Positions 27,843 through 37,691 of a stretch of 64,000 bases of DNA are shown here, piece after piece. Position numbers and translations under genes: made by a program. The first letter of the stretch is position 1, and each line of letters starts with the position of its first letter. Under the pieces are notes generated by a model. It saw only the letters and a list, made by a program, of their open reading frames with translations, ran no database searches and was not told the origin of the DNA. The stretch is from Candidatus Parcubacteria bacterium. Its GTDB lineage: Bacteria; Patescibacteriota; Minisyncoccia; Phycocordibacterales; Phycocordibacteraceae. The stretch lies in assembly GCA_034666125.1 (NCBI GenBank), contig JAXDML010000010.1, positions 150,037 to 214,036 on the forward strand. Reading direction: 5' to 3'.

Positions 27843-29222
27843 TTAAAACTCGCTCCCCAAATCTCCATATCCCGATTTGTCCATCGGCATGAAGCTTGTG
27901 CGCTTCTCGTCGAAGTAGAGCTCCACGCGCCCCGTCGGGCCGTTGCGGTGCTTCTCGATGAGGATCTCGGCGATGTTGGGCCGGTCGCTGTCGGGGTTAC
28001 GCTTGTCATCACGATGGATGAACATCACAACGTCGGCATCCTGCTCGATCGATCCCGAGTCGCGGAGGTCCGATAGGCGGGGCTTACCGCCACGCTGCTC
28101 CACGGCGCGCGAAAGCTGCGAGAGAGCGAGGACGGGCACTTCGAGCTCGCGGGCCAGCGACTTGAGCGAGCGTGATATCTCGGTGACCTGCTGCACCATG
28201 GAATCCGATGCCTTAAGGCCGCCCGAGGGCGCCATGAGCTGGAGATAGTCGACGACGATGAGCCCGATGCCGCGTTCTCGCTTCAGGCGCCGGGCGACCG
28301 CGCGCATCGCGAGGATGTTATTGCCCGGCTTGTCGTCGATATAGATAGGGGCCTTGGAAAGGGTCTCGAGCGCGTCGCGGATACGGCCGAACTCCTCCTC
28401 GGCACGCACAGCGCCCGTACGGATCTTCCAGGAGTTCACGTACGACTCGGCCGCAAGCATGCGGTCGACGAGCTGCTCGGAGCTCATCTCGAGCGAGAAG
28501 ATGCCGACCGGCACGTTGTGCTTCACCGCGGCATTGCGGGCGATATCGAGTCCGAGCGACGTCTTACCGACCGACGGACGCGCGGCGAGGATAACGAGGT
28601 CCGACGGATGGAGCCCTGAAAGCAGGTTGTCGAGGTCGGGGAAGCCGGTCGGCACACCGCGGATGGCCCCGTCCTGCTTCGATAGCGACTCGATGCGCTC
28701 CCAGGCATTCTCGAGCTTGTCCGAGATAGCCGTGAACTTATGCGATGCCGAGCCGTTGCCGACCTCGTAGATGGCCTTTTCGGCGGAGTCGAGGACCTCG
28801 GCGGCATCGCGTCCTTCCTCGTACGCGTGCTCGGTGATCTCATGCGCGACGTCTATAAGCGAACGCATGACGTGCTTGCGCGAGACGAGTTCGGCATAGT
28901 GCGCGAAGTTGCCCGGGGTGGGGGAAGAGTTCGCGAGCTCCGCGATGTACGCGCGACCGCCGCAGCGCTCGAGCGTGCTGCGTCCCTGGAGTCGTTCGGA
29001 AAGCGAGAGGATGTCGATGGGCTCGCCGCGATCCGAGAGATCGCGCATCGCCTCGAAGATCAGCTTGTGCTTCTCGGCGTAGAAGGAGTCCGCACGTATG
29101 GTGTCGGAGACGTCATGAATAGCGTCCGGCTTGAGGAGCAGGGAACCGAGGAGCCCGCGCTCGCTGTCGAGGCTCTGGGGAGGGATGCGGGAGAAGTCGG
29201 CCATGTAGACCGATTGTATCAA
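27843..29222 (-). CDS. dnaB: Replicative DNA helicase DnaB
   Basis: N-terminal DnaB domain. RecA-like core with Walker A (ARPSVGKTS), Walker B (LIVVDYLQLM), and the H4 motif. Confidence 0.9.
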   Translation of the reverse strand: MIQSVYMADFSRIPPQSLDSERGLLGSLLLKPDAIHDVSDTIRADSFYAEKHKLIFEAMRDLSDRGEPIDILSLSERLQGRSTLERCGGRAYIAELANSSPTPGNFAHYAELVSRKHVMRSLIDVAHEITEHAYEEGRDAAEVLDSAEKAIYEVGNGSASHKFTAISDKLENAWERIESLSKQDGAIRGVPTGFPDLDNLLSGLHPSDLVILAARPSVGKTSLGLDIARNAAVKHNVPVGIFSLEMSSEQLVDRMLAAESYVNSWKIRTGAVRAEEEFGRIRDALETLSKAPIYIDDKPGNNILAMRAVARRLKRERGIGLIVVDYLQLMAPSGGLKASDSMVQQVTEISRSLKSLARELEVPVLALSQLSRAVEQRGGKPRLSDLRDSGSIEQDADVVMFIHRDDKRNPDSDRPNIAEILIEKHRNGPTGRVELYFDEKRTSFMPMDKSGYGDLGSEF

Positions 29223-30661
29223 CCGGGCCGCCTGGTGACCATCGCGCCTTCAGGCCGGTCGTCCACATCATATCCCCGTTCCTGTATGTGGATACGGAGC
29301 CCGTCGGCTTTCTTGAAATCGCCCTGCTGACGGGCCTGCTGGCGGCTGGCGATGAGCTTCTGCACGTCTTCAGGAATATCCGTGTCCTTGAGGCGTCCAT
29401 AGAACGGAGGCTCGATCAGAGAAAGGCCGAGAATGCTATCCGCCGCCTTGATGACCCCCCAGGCAGTCTTGGCTTGGACACCGTCGTCGCGCACGGTCTC
29501 CCAGAGGAGGGCGAGCGCAGCAGGAGTCGAAAGGTCATCTCGCAGGAGCGCCGTTATGCGGTCCGATGCAGGAGACGATGTGGCGGCTCCTCTCGACTCC
29601 TCCTTGAACTCGCGCGCGTGGCGCCAGAGGCGCGTAAGGGCTTCGTTCGCGGCCTCGAGCGACTCCCACGAGAAGGAGAGGGGAGATCGGTAGTGCGCCT
29701 GGAGGAAGAGGTAGCGGAGTGCGAGTGGGTGGATGCCGCGCTCGATGATGTCGGAGAGGTATACGACGCGGTTCTCAGACTTGGCAAAGCGTTCTCCTTC
29801 GAGGTTCAGGAACGCACCGTGCATGAAGTACCTCACGAACGGCTTTCCGTTCGCCGCTTCCGACTGCGCGATCTCATTGTTGTGGTGCGTGGGGATGTGA
29901 TCGATCCCGCCCGTATGAATATCAAGCGTCTCGCCGAGAAGCGCTTTCGACATCGCCGAGCACTCGATGTGCCAACCGGGGAAACCTCGACCCCAGGGGC
30001 TGTCCCATTCCTGCTGGCGCTTCTCTCCCGGTGCGGAGAATTTCCAGAGGGCGAAGTCCGCAGGACTTCGCTTCTCCGCGTTCTCTTCGATGCGCGCCTC
30101 GGTCTTCTTCGAGATACCGCCAAGTTTCCCGTATCCTGAGAACTTCGTTGTATCAAAGTAGATACCGTCGCGGATCTCATACGTAAGTCCTTTCTCTTCG
30201 AGCGTCTTGATGAGCGCGATCTGTTCCTTTATATATTCGGTCGCGCGCGGGAAGAGGATATCGCCCGTATCAAGGTTCAGCGCCCGGATGTCCTCCAAAA
30301 AGAGCTTCGTGTAGCGCTCGGCGATATCGGCAGCGGTTGCGCCCGCTTCGCGTGCGCTCTTCTCCATTTTGTCCTCGCCTTCGTCAGCGTCCGACACCAG
30401 GTGCCCGACATCCGTGATGTTGATGACTCTGCGCACGCGGTACCCCGACTCGCCGAGAACGCGGGCAATAAGGTCAGAGAACACATACTGACGGAGATTC
30501 CCGATGTGCGCCTGGCTATACACCGTCGGTCCGCAGGAATACAGGCTCGCCTGGCCAGCTTTAAGGGGGGCGAAAGGCTCCTTTTTGCCTGAAAGGGTAT
30601 TAGTAAAAAAGATAGGCGAAGTATTCTTTCGCTCCGTTTCCTTATTAGAAAAGGGCCACAT
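29219..30661 (-). CDS. cysS: Cysteinyl-tRNA synthetase
   Basis: HIGH-region (LYSCGPTVYSQAHIGN) and the CysRS zinc/active-site segment (IHTGGIDHIPTHHNNEIAQSEA). Confidence 0.85.
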   Translation of the reverse strand: MWPFSNKETERKNTSPIFFTNTLSGKKEPFAPLKAGQASLYSCGPTVYSQAHIGNLRQYVFSDLIARVLGESGYRVRRVINITDVGHLVSDADEGEDKMEKSAREAGATAADIAERYTKLFLEDIRALNLDTGDILFPRATEYIKEQIALIKTLEEKGLTYEIRDGIYFDTTKFSGYGKLGGISKKTEARIEENAEKRSPADFALWKFSAPGEKRQQEWDSPWGRGFPGWHIECSAMSKALLGETLDIHTGGIDHIPTHHNNEIAQSEAANGKPFVRYFMHGAFLNLEGERFAKSENRVVYLSDIIERGIHPLALRYLFLQAHYRSPLSFSWESLEAANEALTRLWRHAREFKEESRGAATSSPASDRITALLRDDLSTPAALALLWETVRDDGVQAKTAWGVIKAADSILGLSLIEPPFYGRLKDTDIPEDVQKLIASRQQARQQGDFKKADGLRIHIQERGYDVDDRPEGAMVTRRPG

Positions 30662-30794
30662 AGTCCTTATACGGTAGCACGTCGTTTTAATTACGTATGA
30701 TCTACAGGCCCACCACTAGGGATTGGAAACGAAATACGCTCCAGCCAAAGCCGGAGCGCCGCACTTGTACCAGGTGTGCGAAACCTCGTCGAGA

Positions 30795-31214
30795 TTAGTC
30801 GCCCTCGCGAAGTCGCCGACGAACGTCCTCGGGAACGCCTGCTAAAGCGCTACGGAGCACCCCAAGCAGACGAGCTTCCTGTTGAGCGAGGTCGAGCCAA
30901 TATTGAACATAACGTGCGACCACCACACGAAGCTCCTCGGGAATCGGCTGACCTTTGACGAAAGACCGCAGGCTAAGCACGATCGCACGGAGCGCGTCCG
31001 TAACCTTCGCCGCGTCCTCATCGTGGTGCAGAACGGCCTGCATCGAAACCCGAGACACGAAATACCGAATACGGCCTTCGTTATCCTCGGTATGCTCGAG
31101 GAAGTCGGCAACTGCTTGCCGATCCCCATCCGAAATGGCACCTGGGTGCCGCTGAACGGCAGCAAGAGCCGTCGTGTAGATGTCAGTTCTTTCCGCGTCC
31201 ATATGTACCTCCAT
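30795..31214 (-). CDS. Hypothetical protein
   Basis: 139-aa acidic helical protein with no family recognised. Confidence 0.35.
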   Translation of the reverse strand: MEVHMDAERTDIYTTALAAVQRHPGAISDGDRQAVADFLEHTEDNEGRIRYFVSRVSMQAVLHHDEDAAKVTDALRAIVLSLRSFVKGQPIPEELRVVVARYVQYWLDLAQQEARLLGVLRSALAGVPEDVRRRLREGD

Positions 31215-31343
31215 CGACAGTGCGGTTCTGGGTCAACCGTACCACAACATCTTTATTTAACCAGGCAGAAGATAATTCGAACGACTACCAGGATAGCCTT
31301 AGAGAAACCTGTATTTAAAAACCGAATAACGGTGTTTGGATTC

Positions 31344-32690
31344 CTACACAAACGACACGAGCAGCGCGACCCCGAAGACGGCCATGACCGCGAATGCCGC
31401 CCAGAGCCCGAGCTTCGATAGCCAGCCGCTCTTATGGTTCCCCATGATGTCGCTCCGGCCGGAAAGCCGCGCGATGAGGTAGATGAGCGGGACCGCGGCG
31501 ATGCCGTTGAACACGGCGGTGAACACGAGGACCTTGATGGGGTCGAAGCCGACGAAGTTAAACAGGAGGCCGGCCAGGGTGCCGAAGATGATGACGAGGT
31601 AGAAGTTGCGCGACTGCTTGAACTTGCGGAAAAGACCTTCGCGCCAGTTGAAGGTCTCGGACACGGCGTACGCGGAACTTCCCGCGAGGACCGGGATGCT
31701 CTGGAGCCCGATACCGATGACGCCGATCGCGAAGATGAGCTTGGCGAGGAAACCGGCGTTCGGGAACGTCTGGACGAGCGGCTCGAGCGCTCGGGCCGCG
31801 TCAGCGGCGTTCTCAATGTTCGTGATGCCCGCCTGGTTCAGCACCACCGCGCCGACAATGATGATGAACCATGCGGTGACGTTCGAGAAGAGCATGCCGA
31901 TGAACGTATCGATCCGGAGGCGCTTCAGATACGGCTTGCTCAGTTTCGGGACGCCGCCGCGCTGCGGCAGCCGGTGGTCCGCGATCTCGTCTTCGACGAC
32001 GTTGCTCGTCTGCCAGAAGAACAGGTACGGCGAGATCGTGGTCCCGAAGATGGCGACGATAATATAGATGAATGACTCATTGAATTGTATCTGTGGCGTG
32101 AGCGTTGCCTTCAGCACCGTCGTCCACGGAACGTCTATCAGAAAGGCCGTGATGATGTACGCGAACAGGGCCATGGCGAGCCACTTCAGGATGCGTATGT
32201 ACGTGCGGTAGGGGATGAAGACCTCGAGGACCAGGATGAGCATGGCGAACCCTATGGCGAGCGCCGGGAACGGCAGCCACGGAACGAGCAGCTCCGCGCT
32301 CGCGGCCATCGCCCCGATGTCAGCGCCGATGTTGAGGGTGTTCGCGCATACCACTAATAGAACGATCGGGTACAGGACTTTCTTCGGGTAGTGCTCCCTG
32401 ACGACCGCAGCCAGCCCTTTTCCCGTCACGGCGCCGATGCGCATGCACGCCTCCTGTACGGCCGTCATGAGCGGGTAGGTGAAGAGCATCGTCCATGGCG
32501 TCTGTAAGCCGAACTGCGCTCCCGCCTGGGAATAGGTGGCGATGCCGCTGGGATCGTCGTCGGCGGCACCCGTCACGACGCCCGGGCCGAGTATGCGCAG
32601 GAACCTGCCGAACTTCTTCGGCTGCTTCCGTTTCTTGGCGCCCGCGTCCAGCTGCGCTTCGGCGATGACCTCGTCCGGGAATTTGACCAT
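31344..32690 (-). CDS. mntH: NRAMP-family divalent metal (Mn2+/Fe2+) transporter MntH
   Basis: GPGVVTGAADDDPSGIATYSQAGAQFG (NRAMP consensus DPGN-like segment) and 11-12 TM helices. Confidence 0.85.
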   Translation of the reverse strand: MVKFPDEVIAEAQLDAGAKKRKQPKKFGRFLRILGPGVVTGAADDDPSGIATYSQAGAQFGLQTPWTMLFTYPLMTAVQEACMRIGAVTGKGLAAVVREHYPKKVLYPIVLLVVCANTLNIGADIGAMAASAELLVPWLPFPALAIGFAMLILVLEVFIPYRTYIRILKWLAMALFAYIITAFLIDVPWTTVLKATLTPQIQFNESFIYIIVAIFGTTISPYLFFWQTSNVVEDEIADHRLPQRGGVPKLSKPYLKRLRIDTFIGMLFSNVTAWFIIIVGAVVLNQAGITNIENAADAARALEPLVQTFPNAGFLAKLIFAIGVIGIGLQSIPVLAGSSAYAVSETFNWREGLFRKFKQSRNFYLVIIFGTLAGLLFNFVGFDPIKVLVFTAVFNGIAAVPLIYLIARLSGRSDIMGNHKSGWLSKLGLWAAFAVMAVFGVALLVSFV

Positions 32691-32692
32691 GC

Positions 32693-33604
32693 TTACAGTA
32701 TCTCTATGAAGGCGGCGATTAGGGACAGCGCGATCGCGACGAAGGAGACGGCCGTAAGGCGTTTGATGACCTCGTTCTGGGATGCGGAGAGAAGCGAGTC
32801 GTTGGTGCTGCGCAGCTCAGCGACGACGGCCCGGTACGTGCGCACGATCGCGGTGGTATGGTCGTGCTCCGCCTGGATGTGCGCGGCGCGGATCGCGAAG
32901 CGCTTTCCGAAGAAGCCGCTTCCCGAAAGGTATTCGAGGAAGGACTTGAGCGGCACGGCATGCCGCGCGAGGGCCGTATCGAAGCGCAGGAGCACCCGCC
33001 CGACGAGCGAGATGGTGCGTACCATCTTCCGTTCCTTCCCCGCGAATATGTCCTCCTCGATGCGTTCGGTCGAACGCGCGGTCTCATGCGCCTGCTCGCG
33101 GATGGCCCGGTACATGTGCCGGAGTATCCGCTCCACGAGCACGTCGGCATGCGTCGCCCGCGCCGGCAGGCCGAGGAGCTCCTCGGCCTCGAACACCCGA
33201 TGCAGGGCGAGCATGGGTTCCACTACCTCGTACCGGACCGTGATAAGGAACTCCTTGCCGACGATGAAGTCGATCTCCTGGTTCCGGGCGCCGCCCTTGG
33301 GGTCGGTCGTGGGAAAATGGAGGATAAGGTACACGTAGCCTTCGGAGGGAAGGACAAGCGGGTACGGAGTGGGGGAGACGATCTCGTCTTCCACCCTCTC
33401 TTCGACGCCGAATTCCTGCATCACCGCGTGCAGCTCCTCGCGCGCAGGCGCTTCCAGGTCCACCCATGTAACTCCGTTCCGGCTATGTCGCTTTACCATG
33501 CTGTCTTTAGTATACAAGCGTTGTGCGCGGGGACCGCGCACGGGCTGGGTATAGACCGCATCATGCAGCAGGAACACCTCCTGTGATACACTTTGCGCAT
33601 GCAA
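32693..33604 (-). CDS. corA: CorA-family Mg2+/Co2+ transporter homolog, truncated immediately before the GMN pore motif
   Basis: The cytoplasmic CorA-like domain and TM1 (..NEVIKRLTAVSFVAIALSLIAAFIEIL*) are present. The stop falls where YGMNF and TM2 are expected. Its stop abuts the mntH start codon. Confidence 0.55.
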   Translation of the reverse strand: MHAQSVSQEVFLLHDAVYTQPVRGPRAQRLYTKDSMVKRHSRNGVTWVDLEAPAREELHAVMQEFGVEERVEDEIVSPTPYPLVLPSEGYVYLILHFPTTDPKGGARNQEIDFIVGKEFLITVRYEVVEPMLALHRVFEAEELLGLPARATHADVLVERILRHMYRAIREQAHETARSTERIEEDIFAGKERKMVRTISLVGRVLLRFDTALARHAVPLKSFLEYLSGSGFFGKRFAIRAAHIQAEHDHTTAIVRTYRAVVAELRSTNDSLLSASQNEVIKRLTAVSFVAIALSLIAAFIEIL

Positions 33605-34879
33605 GGCGAACCTTCTCGATCTTTCGAGGATTCGGCGATTTCGAGTAAACGATTCAGGCGGACGCTCCGCCTGGGCGTGCTGTTCGCTCTCGTGCTCTCG
33701 CTCGGCTTCGCGGGCGGGCTCTCCGTGGGGGCCGCAGGCGGCTCGCGCATTATCTCAAGCCTGCCGCTCATCGGCGACGGCCTGAATGCCACGCCCGATC
33801 CCAGCCTCGACTTCACCGAGTTCTGGAAGGTGTACAACACGCTGAACGGCAAGTTCGTGCAGACCCACGGCTCGTCGACCCTCCCGACCCTCGAAGAGAG
33901 GATGTGGGGCGCCATCCAGGGCCTGACCGACTCCTATGGCGACCCCTACACCGTCTTCCTTCCTCCCGAGGAGGCGAAGCTGTTCCAGGAGGAGATATCC
34001 GGTAATTTTGAAGGCGTCGGCATGGAGATCGGCCTCAGTCCGGAGGGCGTGCTTACGGTCATCGCGCCACTCAAGGGAACGCCTGCCGAGCGCGCCGGTC
34101 TCGTGCCGGGTGACCTCATCCTTTCCATAGACGGCAAATCGACCGAGGGCATGACGACGGAAGCCGCCGTGAAACTCATCCGCGGCCCCAAGGGATCGAC
34201 CGTGAAGTTCACCATTCTTCGTGAGGGGAAGCCGCGCGACATATCCGTCGTGCGTGACACTATCCAGGTCCCGACCCTCGACACGAACTTCGATCGCGAT
34301 ACGGGCATCTACACCATTGCGCTCTATGAGTTCACCGGAAACTCGGTGACCCTCTTCGAGAACGCCCTCGCGGACTTCAGGTCCTCCGGAAGCAAGAAGC
34401 TCATTCTCGACCTGCGGGGCAATCCGGGCGGGTACCTCGACGCCGCCGTGGACATGTCGAGCCATTTCCTCCCGCGCGGCGAGATCGTCGTCACCGAGGA
34501 CTACAAGGGCAAGGAGCAGAACCTCGTGCATAAGAGCACGGGTACGGGCGGGCTTCCGGCAGGCACGAAGATCGTCATATTGATCGACAAGGGCTCGGCA
34601 AGCGCGTCCGAGATCCTTGCGGGCGCGCTGAAGGACCACGGCCTCGCGACGCTTATCGGCACGCGCTCCTTCGGCAAGGGATCGGTCCAGGAGCTCATCC
34701 CGGTCGGGCAGGGAGCCCTCAAGGTCACGGTCGCGCGCTGGCTCACGCCTTCCGGCAAGTCGATCTCGGACGGAGGACTCGCGCCCGACATCGAGGTCGA
34801 GCGAACGCCCGAGGACGTCACTGCGGGCAAGGACCCGCAGATGGATCGGGCGGTGGAGTTTTTAAATACGGGAAAATAG
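33593..34879 (+). CDS. ctpA: C-terminal processing peptidase (S41, CtpA/Prc family)
   Basis: PDZ domain (GVLTVIAPLKGTPAERAGLVPGDLILSIDG), the S41 motif LILDLRGNPGG, and the catalytic Ser/Lys region. Confidence 0.85.
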   Translation: MRMQGEPSRSFEDSAISSKRFRRTLRLGVLFALVLSLGFAGGLSVGAAGGSRIISSLPLIGDGLNATPDPSLDFTEFWKVYNTLNGKFVQTHGSSTLPTLEERMWGAIQGLTDSYGDPYTVFLPPEEAKLFQEEISGNFEGVGMEIGLSPEGVLTVIAPLKGTPAERAGLVPGDLILSIDGKSTEGMTTEAAVKLIRGPKGSTVKFTILREGKPRDISVVRDTIQVPTLDTNFDRDTGIYTIALYEFTGNSVTLFENALADFRSSGSKKLILDLRGNPGGYLDAAVDMSSHFLPRGEIVVTEDYKGKEQNLVHKSTGTGGLPAGTKIVILIDKGSASASEILAGALKDHGLATLIGTRSFGKGSVQELIPVGQGALKVTVARWLTPSGKSISDGGLAPDIEVERTPEDVTAGKDPQMDRAVEFLNTGK

Positions 34880-34923
34880 CCGCAGTTGCGGGAAGCAGGC
34901 GGAAACGGTAGGATACCCCCACT

Positions 34924-35349
34924 ATGAAAGTCGTATTACTGAAGGATGTGCGTGATATGGGCAGGGCAGGGAGCGCGGTCGACGTCGCGGACGGACACGC
35001 GCTCAACTTCCTCATCCCCCGCAAGATGGCCGTGCTCGCCACTCCCGTGGCACTCAAGCGCGCCGAATCACTTGCCAAGGCTGCGACTGAGCGCCGGGAG
35101 CTCGATGCGAAACTCATCTCCGATCGCCTCACCGCGCTTGCCGAAGAGCGTATCGTCATCAGGAAGAAGGCGAATGATCAGGGTCATCTCTATGACGCCG
35201 TCGACGCGAAGGACATCGCCGAAGCCGCGCAGCTTCCCGTAGAGGCCGTCCACATCGAGCGGCCGTTCAAGGAGATCGGCGAGTTCGAGGTTCCCGTCGC
35301 CAAAGGCGAGGATTTCGGGAAGATCACGATAGTGATCGAAGCAGAATAA
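34924..35349 (+). CDS. rplI: 50S ribosomal protein L9
   Basis: MKVVLLKDV..G..G..VDVADGHALNFLIP matches the conserved L9 N-terminus. Confidence 0.9.
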   Translation: MKVVLLKDVRDMGRAGSAVDVADGHALNFLIPRKMAVLATPVALKRAESLAKAATERRELDAKLISDRLTALAEERIVIRKKANDQGHLYDAVDAKDIAEAAQLPVEAVHIERPFKEIGEFEVPVAKGEDFGKITIVIEAE

Positions 35350-35370
35350 ATAAGGAGGGAAGGGGAAAAG

Positions 35371-35406
35371 AAAAACCGCCGGACATCATGGGTCCGGCGG
35401 CTTTTC
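35371..35406. terminator. Bidirectional terminator between convergent rplI (+) and rpmA (-)
   Basis: AAAAACCGCCGGAC-atcatgg-GTCCGGCGGCTTTTCTG. Confidence 0.7.
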
Positions 35407-35418
35407 TGCAGGAAGACG

Positions 35419-35700
35419 TTAGGCTATCGCCAGGACATCTACCACTTTCTTGCGGACGACGCGCCCGTCGAAGTTCGTCTTGCGACGATCACGGAAGCTC
35501 ACCTTGCCGGTGATCATCGCGTAGAGCGTATGATCTTTGCCGACTTTCACGTTCTTGCCGGGCATGATCTTCGTGCCGCGCTGGCGAACGATGACCATCC
35601 CGGGACGCGCTGCCTGCCCGTCGGAAAGTTTTACCCCGAGGTACTTGGGGTTCGAAGTATTCAGGTTTCGTGCTGACCCGCCAGCTTTTGTATGTGCCAT
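35419..35700 (-). CDS. rpmA: 50S ribosomal protein L27
   Basis: MAHTKAGGSARNLNTSNPKYLGVK..VIVRQRGTKIMPGKNVKVGKDHTLYAMITGKV matches L27, with a short C-terminal extension. Confidence 0.9.
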   Translation of the reverse strand: MAHTKAGGSARNLNTSNPKYLGVKLSDGQAARPGMVIVRQRGTKIMPGKNVKVGKDHTLYAMITGKVSFRDRRKTNFDGRVVRKKVVDVLAIA

Positions 35701-35887
35701 GGTGTTACGTTGTGAATATGACTATAGCAGAAAGGCTGAGGCGGAGCAAGGGCGTAGATACGGGGCAGAATGAGGAAGTCCCGGCGGGCGCCGGCAAAGA
35801 ACTGAAAGGGAATCTAAACGTACGAATCCCGCTTGCGCGGGGTTCTCGGAGGCCGGAACCATTTGTACCTCAAGTGTATCACGCTGC

Positions 35888-35893
35888 TATACT
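35888..35893 (+). promoter_or_regulatory. -10 TATACT 6 nt upstream of the exonuclease ATG (leaderless-type), with TTGTAC 17 nt further upstream
   Basis: TTGTAC-N17-TATACT-gcacgc-ATG. Confidence 0.4.
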
Positions 35894-35899
35894 GCACGC

Positions 35900-36502
35900 A
35901 TGATCGCCGTGGACGTGGAAGCGACCGGAATCGACGCCGAACGGGCGTCGATCGTGTCGATAGGCGCCGTCGATCTCGACGACCCCGCGAACCAGTTCTA
36001 TGAGGAGTGCCGGGCATGGGACGGCGCGCATCTTTCCAATGAAGCCCTCGCCATCACCGGCTTCTCGAAGGACGAGATAGGGGAGGAGAGCGGCAAGCAA
36101 ACGGAGGGCGAGCTTGTCCGGAATTTCATCACCTGGGCCATGGACCGTCCGCAGACCCATACGTTCGTCGGACAGAACCCGCGCTTCGACAGCGACTTCA
36201 TCGCGGCGGCCTGCCGCCGCGCCGGCACGGAGTTCCCGTTCGCGTACCGCTCCATCGATACGCATACGCTTTGCTGGAACCATATCGTACAGAGAGGGGA
36301 GCAGCCGCCCGTGGCGAATAAGCGTTCCGCCATCAACCTCGACTATATCCTCCAGTACTGCGGGGTGCCAGCCGAACCGAAGCCTCACAACGCCCTCAAC
36401 GGCGCGTTATCCCATGCCGAGGTCTTCTTCCGCTTGGTCTATACTAAGAAAGTATTACCCGAGTTCCTTGAACATGACATTCCATGGATAAAGACGCAGT
36501 AG
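35900..36502 (+). CDS. DEDDh 3'-5' exonuclease (DnaQ/epsilon-like)
   Basis: Exo I (IAVDVEATG), Exo II (FVGQNPRFDSDF), and Exo III (HNALNGALSHAEVF) motifs. Confidence 0.75.
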   Translation: MIAVDVEATGIDAERASIVSIGAVDLDDPANQFYEECRAWDGAHLSNEALAITGFSKDEIGEESGKQTEGELVRNFITWAMDRPQTHTFVGQNPRFDSDFIAAACRRAGTEFPFAYRSIDTHTLCWNHIVQRGEQPPVANKRSAINLDYILQYCGVPAEPKPHNALNGALSHAEVFFRLVYTKKVLPEFLEHDIPWIKTQ

Positions 36503-37305
36503 GGCAGCAGCCGGCAGGCCCGAAGGAGCAGAGGGGCGGAACGACCGTACCGCCCGTACCGACCCCCGAGCACTCGAACACGCCCGAGCATCACGAGGCG
36601 ATGGGGCGGATCCTGTCGCAGACTATCGAGCGCGGGAAGCAGGAAGTGCCGGACAATCCGTCTCCGCTCGTCTGCAAGCCGCGGGAGCTCGAGAGCTGGC
36701 GCGTGTTCAAGATCATGTCCGAGTTTGTCGAGGGGTTCGAGCTCATCAGGAAATATGGGCTCGCGGTGAGCTTCTTCGGCACCGCGCGTGTGGGCTTCGA
36801 GGAGCATTTCTATAAGGAAGCGACCGACCTCGCCGGGAAGCTTGCGAAGGCCGGCTTCGCGGTCATCACGGGCGGGAGCTCCGGCGTCATGGAGGCGGCG
36901 AACAAGGGAGCGTTCGAAGCGGGCGGCGCATCCGTCGGTCTCAACATACGCCTCGACCAGAACCAGGGACTTAACACGTACCTCACCGACTCGTACACCT
37001 TCGAGCACTTCTTCGTACGGAAGGTCATGCTCGCCTTCGCCTCAGAGGTGTACGTCTTCTTCCCGGGTGGATACGGCACCATGGACGAGTTCTTCGAGAT
37101 AGTCACGCTCGTGCAGACGGGGAAAATACGGAAAGTCCCGATCGTCGTCTTCGGCAAGGAATACTGGGAACCGCTCATCGCCTTCATGCAGCTGAAGTTC
37201 CTCGAAGAGCACGCGGCCATCGACGCTCCCGATCTCGAGCTCTTTTTCGTGGCCGATACGGTGGATGAGGCGTATGAATTCATCACGAAGAACGTGCAGT
37301 GCTAG
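36484..37305 (+). CDS. LOG family protein (cytokinin riboside 5'-monophosphate phosphoribohydrolase-like, TIGR00730). The start is probably an internal ATG near 36598.
   Basis: GGSSGVMEAANKGA and PGGYGTMDEF LOG motifs. The ORF as called overlaps the exonuclease 3' end by 19 nt. Confidence 0.75.
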   Translation: MDKDAVGQQPAGPKEQRGGTTVPPVPTPEHSNTPEHHEAMGRILSQTIERGKQEVPDNPSPLVCKPRELESWRVFKIMSEFVEGFELIRKYGLAVSFFGTARVGFEEHFYKEATDLAGKLAKAGFAVITGGSSGVMEAANKGAFEAGGASVGLNIRLDQNQGLNTYLTDSYTFEHFFVRKVMLAFASEVYVFFPGGYGTMDEFFEIVTLVQTGKIRKVPIVVFGKEYWEPLIAFMQLKFLEEHAAIDAPDLELFFVADTVDEAYEFITKNVQC

Positions 37306-37345
37306 TCCGAGAGCAGAGAAAGGGAAGAGGAGAAAGCAGGATAAC

Positions 37346-37372
37346 GCAAAAACGCCCCGAGGGGCGTTTTTG
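37346..37372 (+). terminator. Rho-independent terminator after the LOG gene
   Basis: AAAAACGCCCC-gag-GGGCGTTTTTGC. Confidence 0.7.
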
Positions 37373-37624
37373 CTGATAGCCGGTTGATGTCTCATCCCGA
37401 TCGCGCCGGAGAGGGTTTACCGCATCTCTCCCGAAGGTTCGATGCAGGACCGGACTCCAACACTCGCTTACAAGACCCGGTTCTCAATCGATAGGCTGCT
37501 TTTGGCCGAAGCCTCGAACAGTTATCTACCGACCCTGCCCGAGGCCGAAGCCAAGGGCTAAGTTCGAGTATCGCGCCTGCCGCAAAACCCGGCAACTGTG
37601 GATACTGTTTATAAGGTGGGGACA

Positions 37625-37690
37625 AAAAATATAATAGGGAAAAGCCGTTTCTTCAACGCGGCTTGATATCCCAGGTTTGAAGAAGCGGCT
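37625..37690 (-). terminator. Long hairpin terminator downstream of the minus-strand gene 37692..37922
   Basis: AGCCGTTTCTTCAA...TTGAAGAAGCGGCT: a 13-bp stem with one mismatch. On the minus strand it is followed by TTTTCCCTATTATATTTTTTG. Confidence 0.5.
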
Positions 37691-37691
37691 T

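Noticed and set aside
37375-37615. Bacterial RNase P RNA
   Set aside because: Only short P4/P15-like motif resemblance. Region is ~240 nt and lacks the GGUAAGAGCGCACC-type P10-P12 core. Reported as an unclassified ncRNA candidate.
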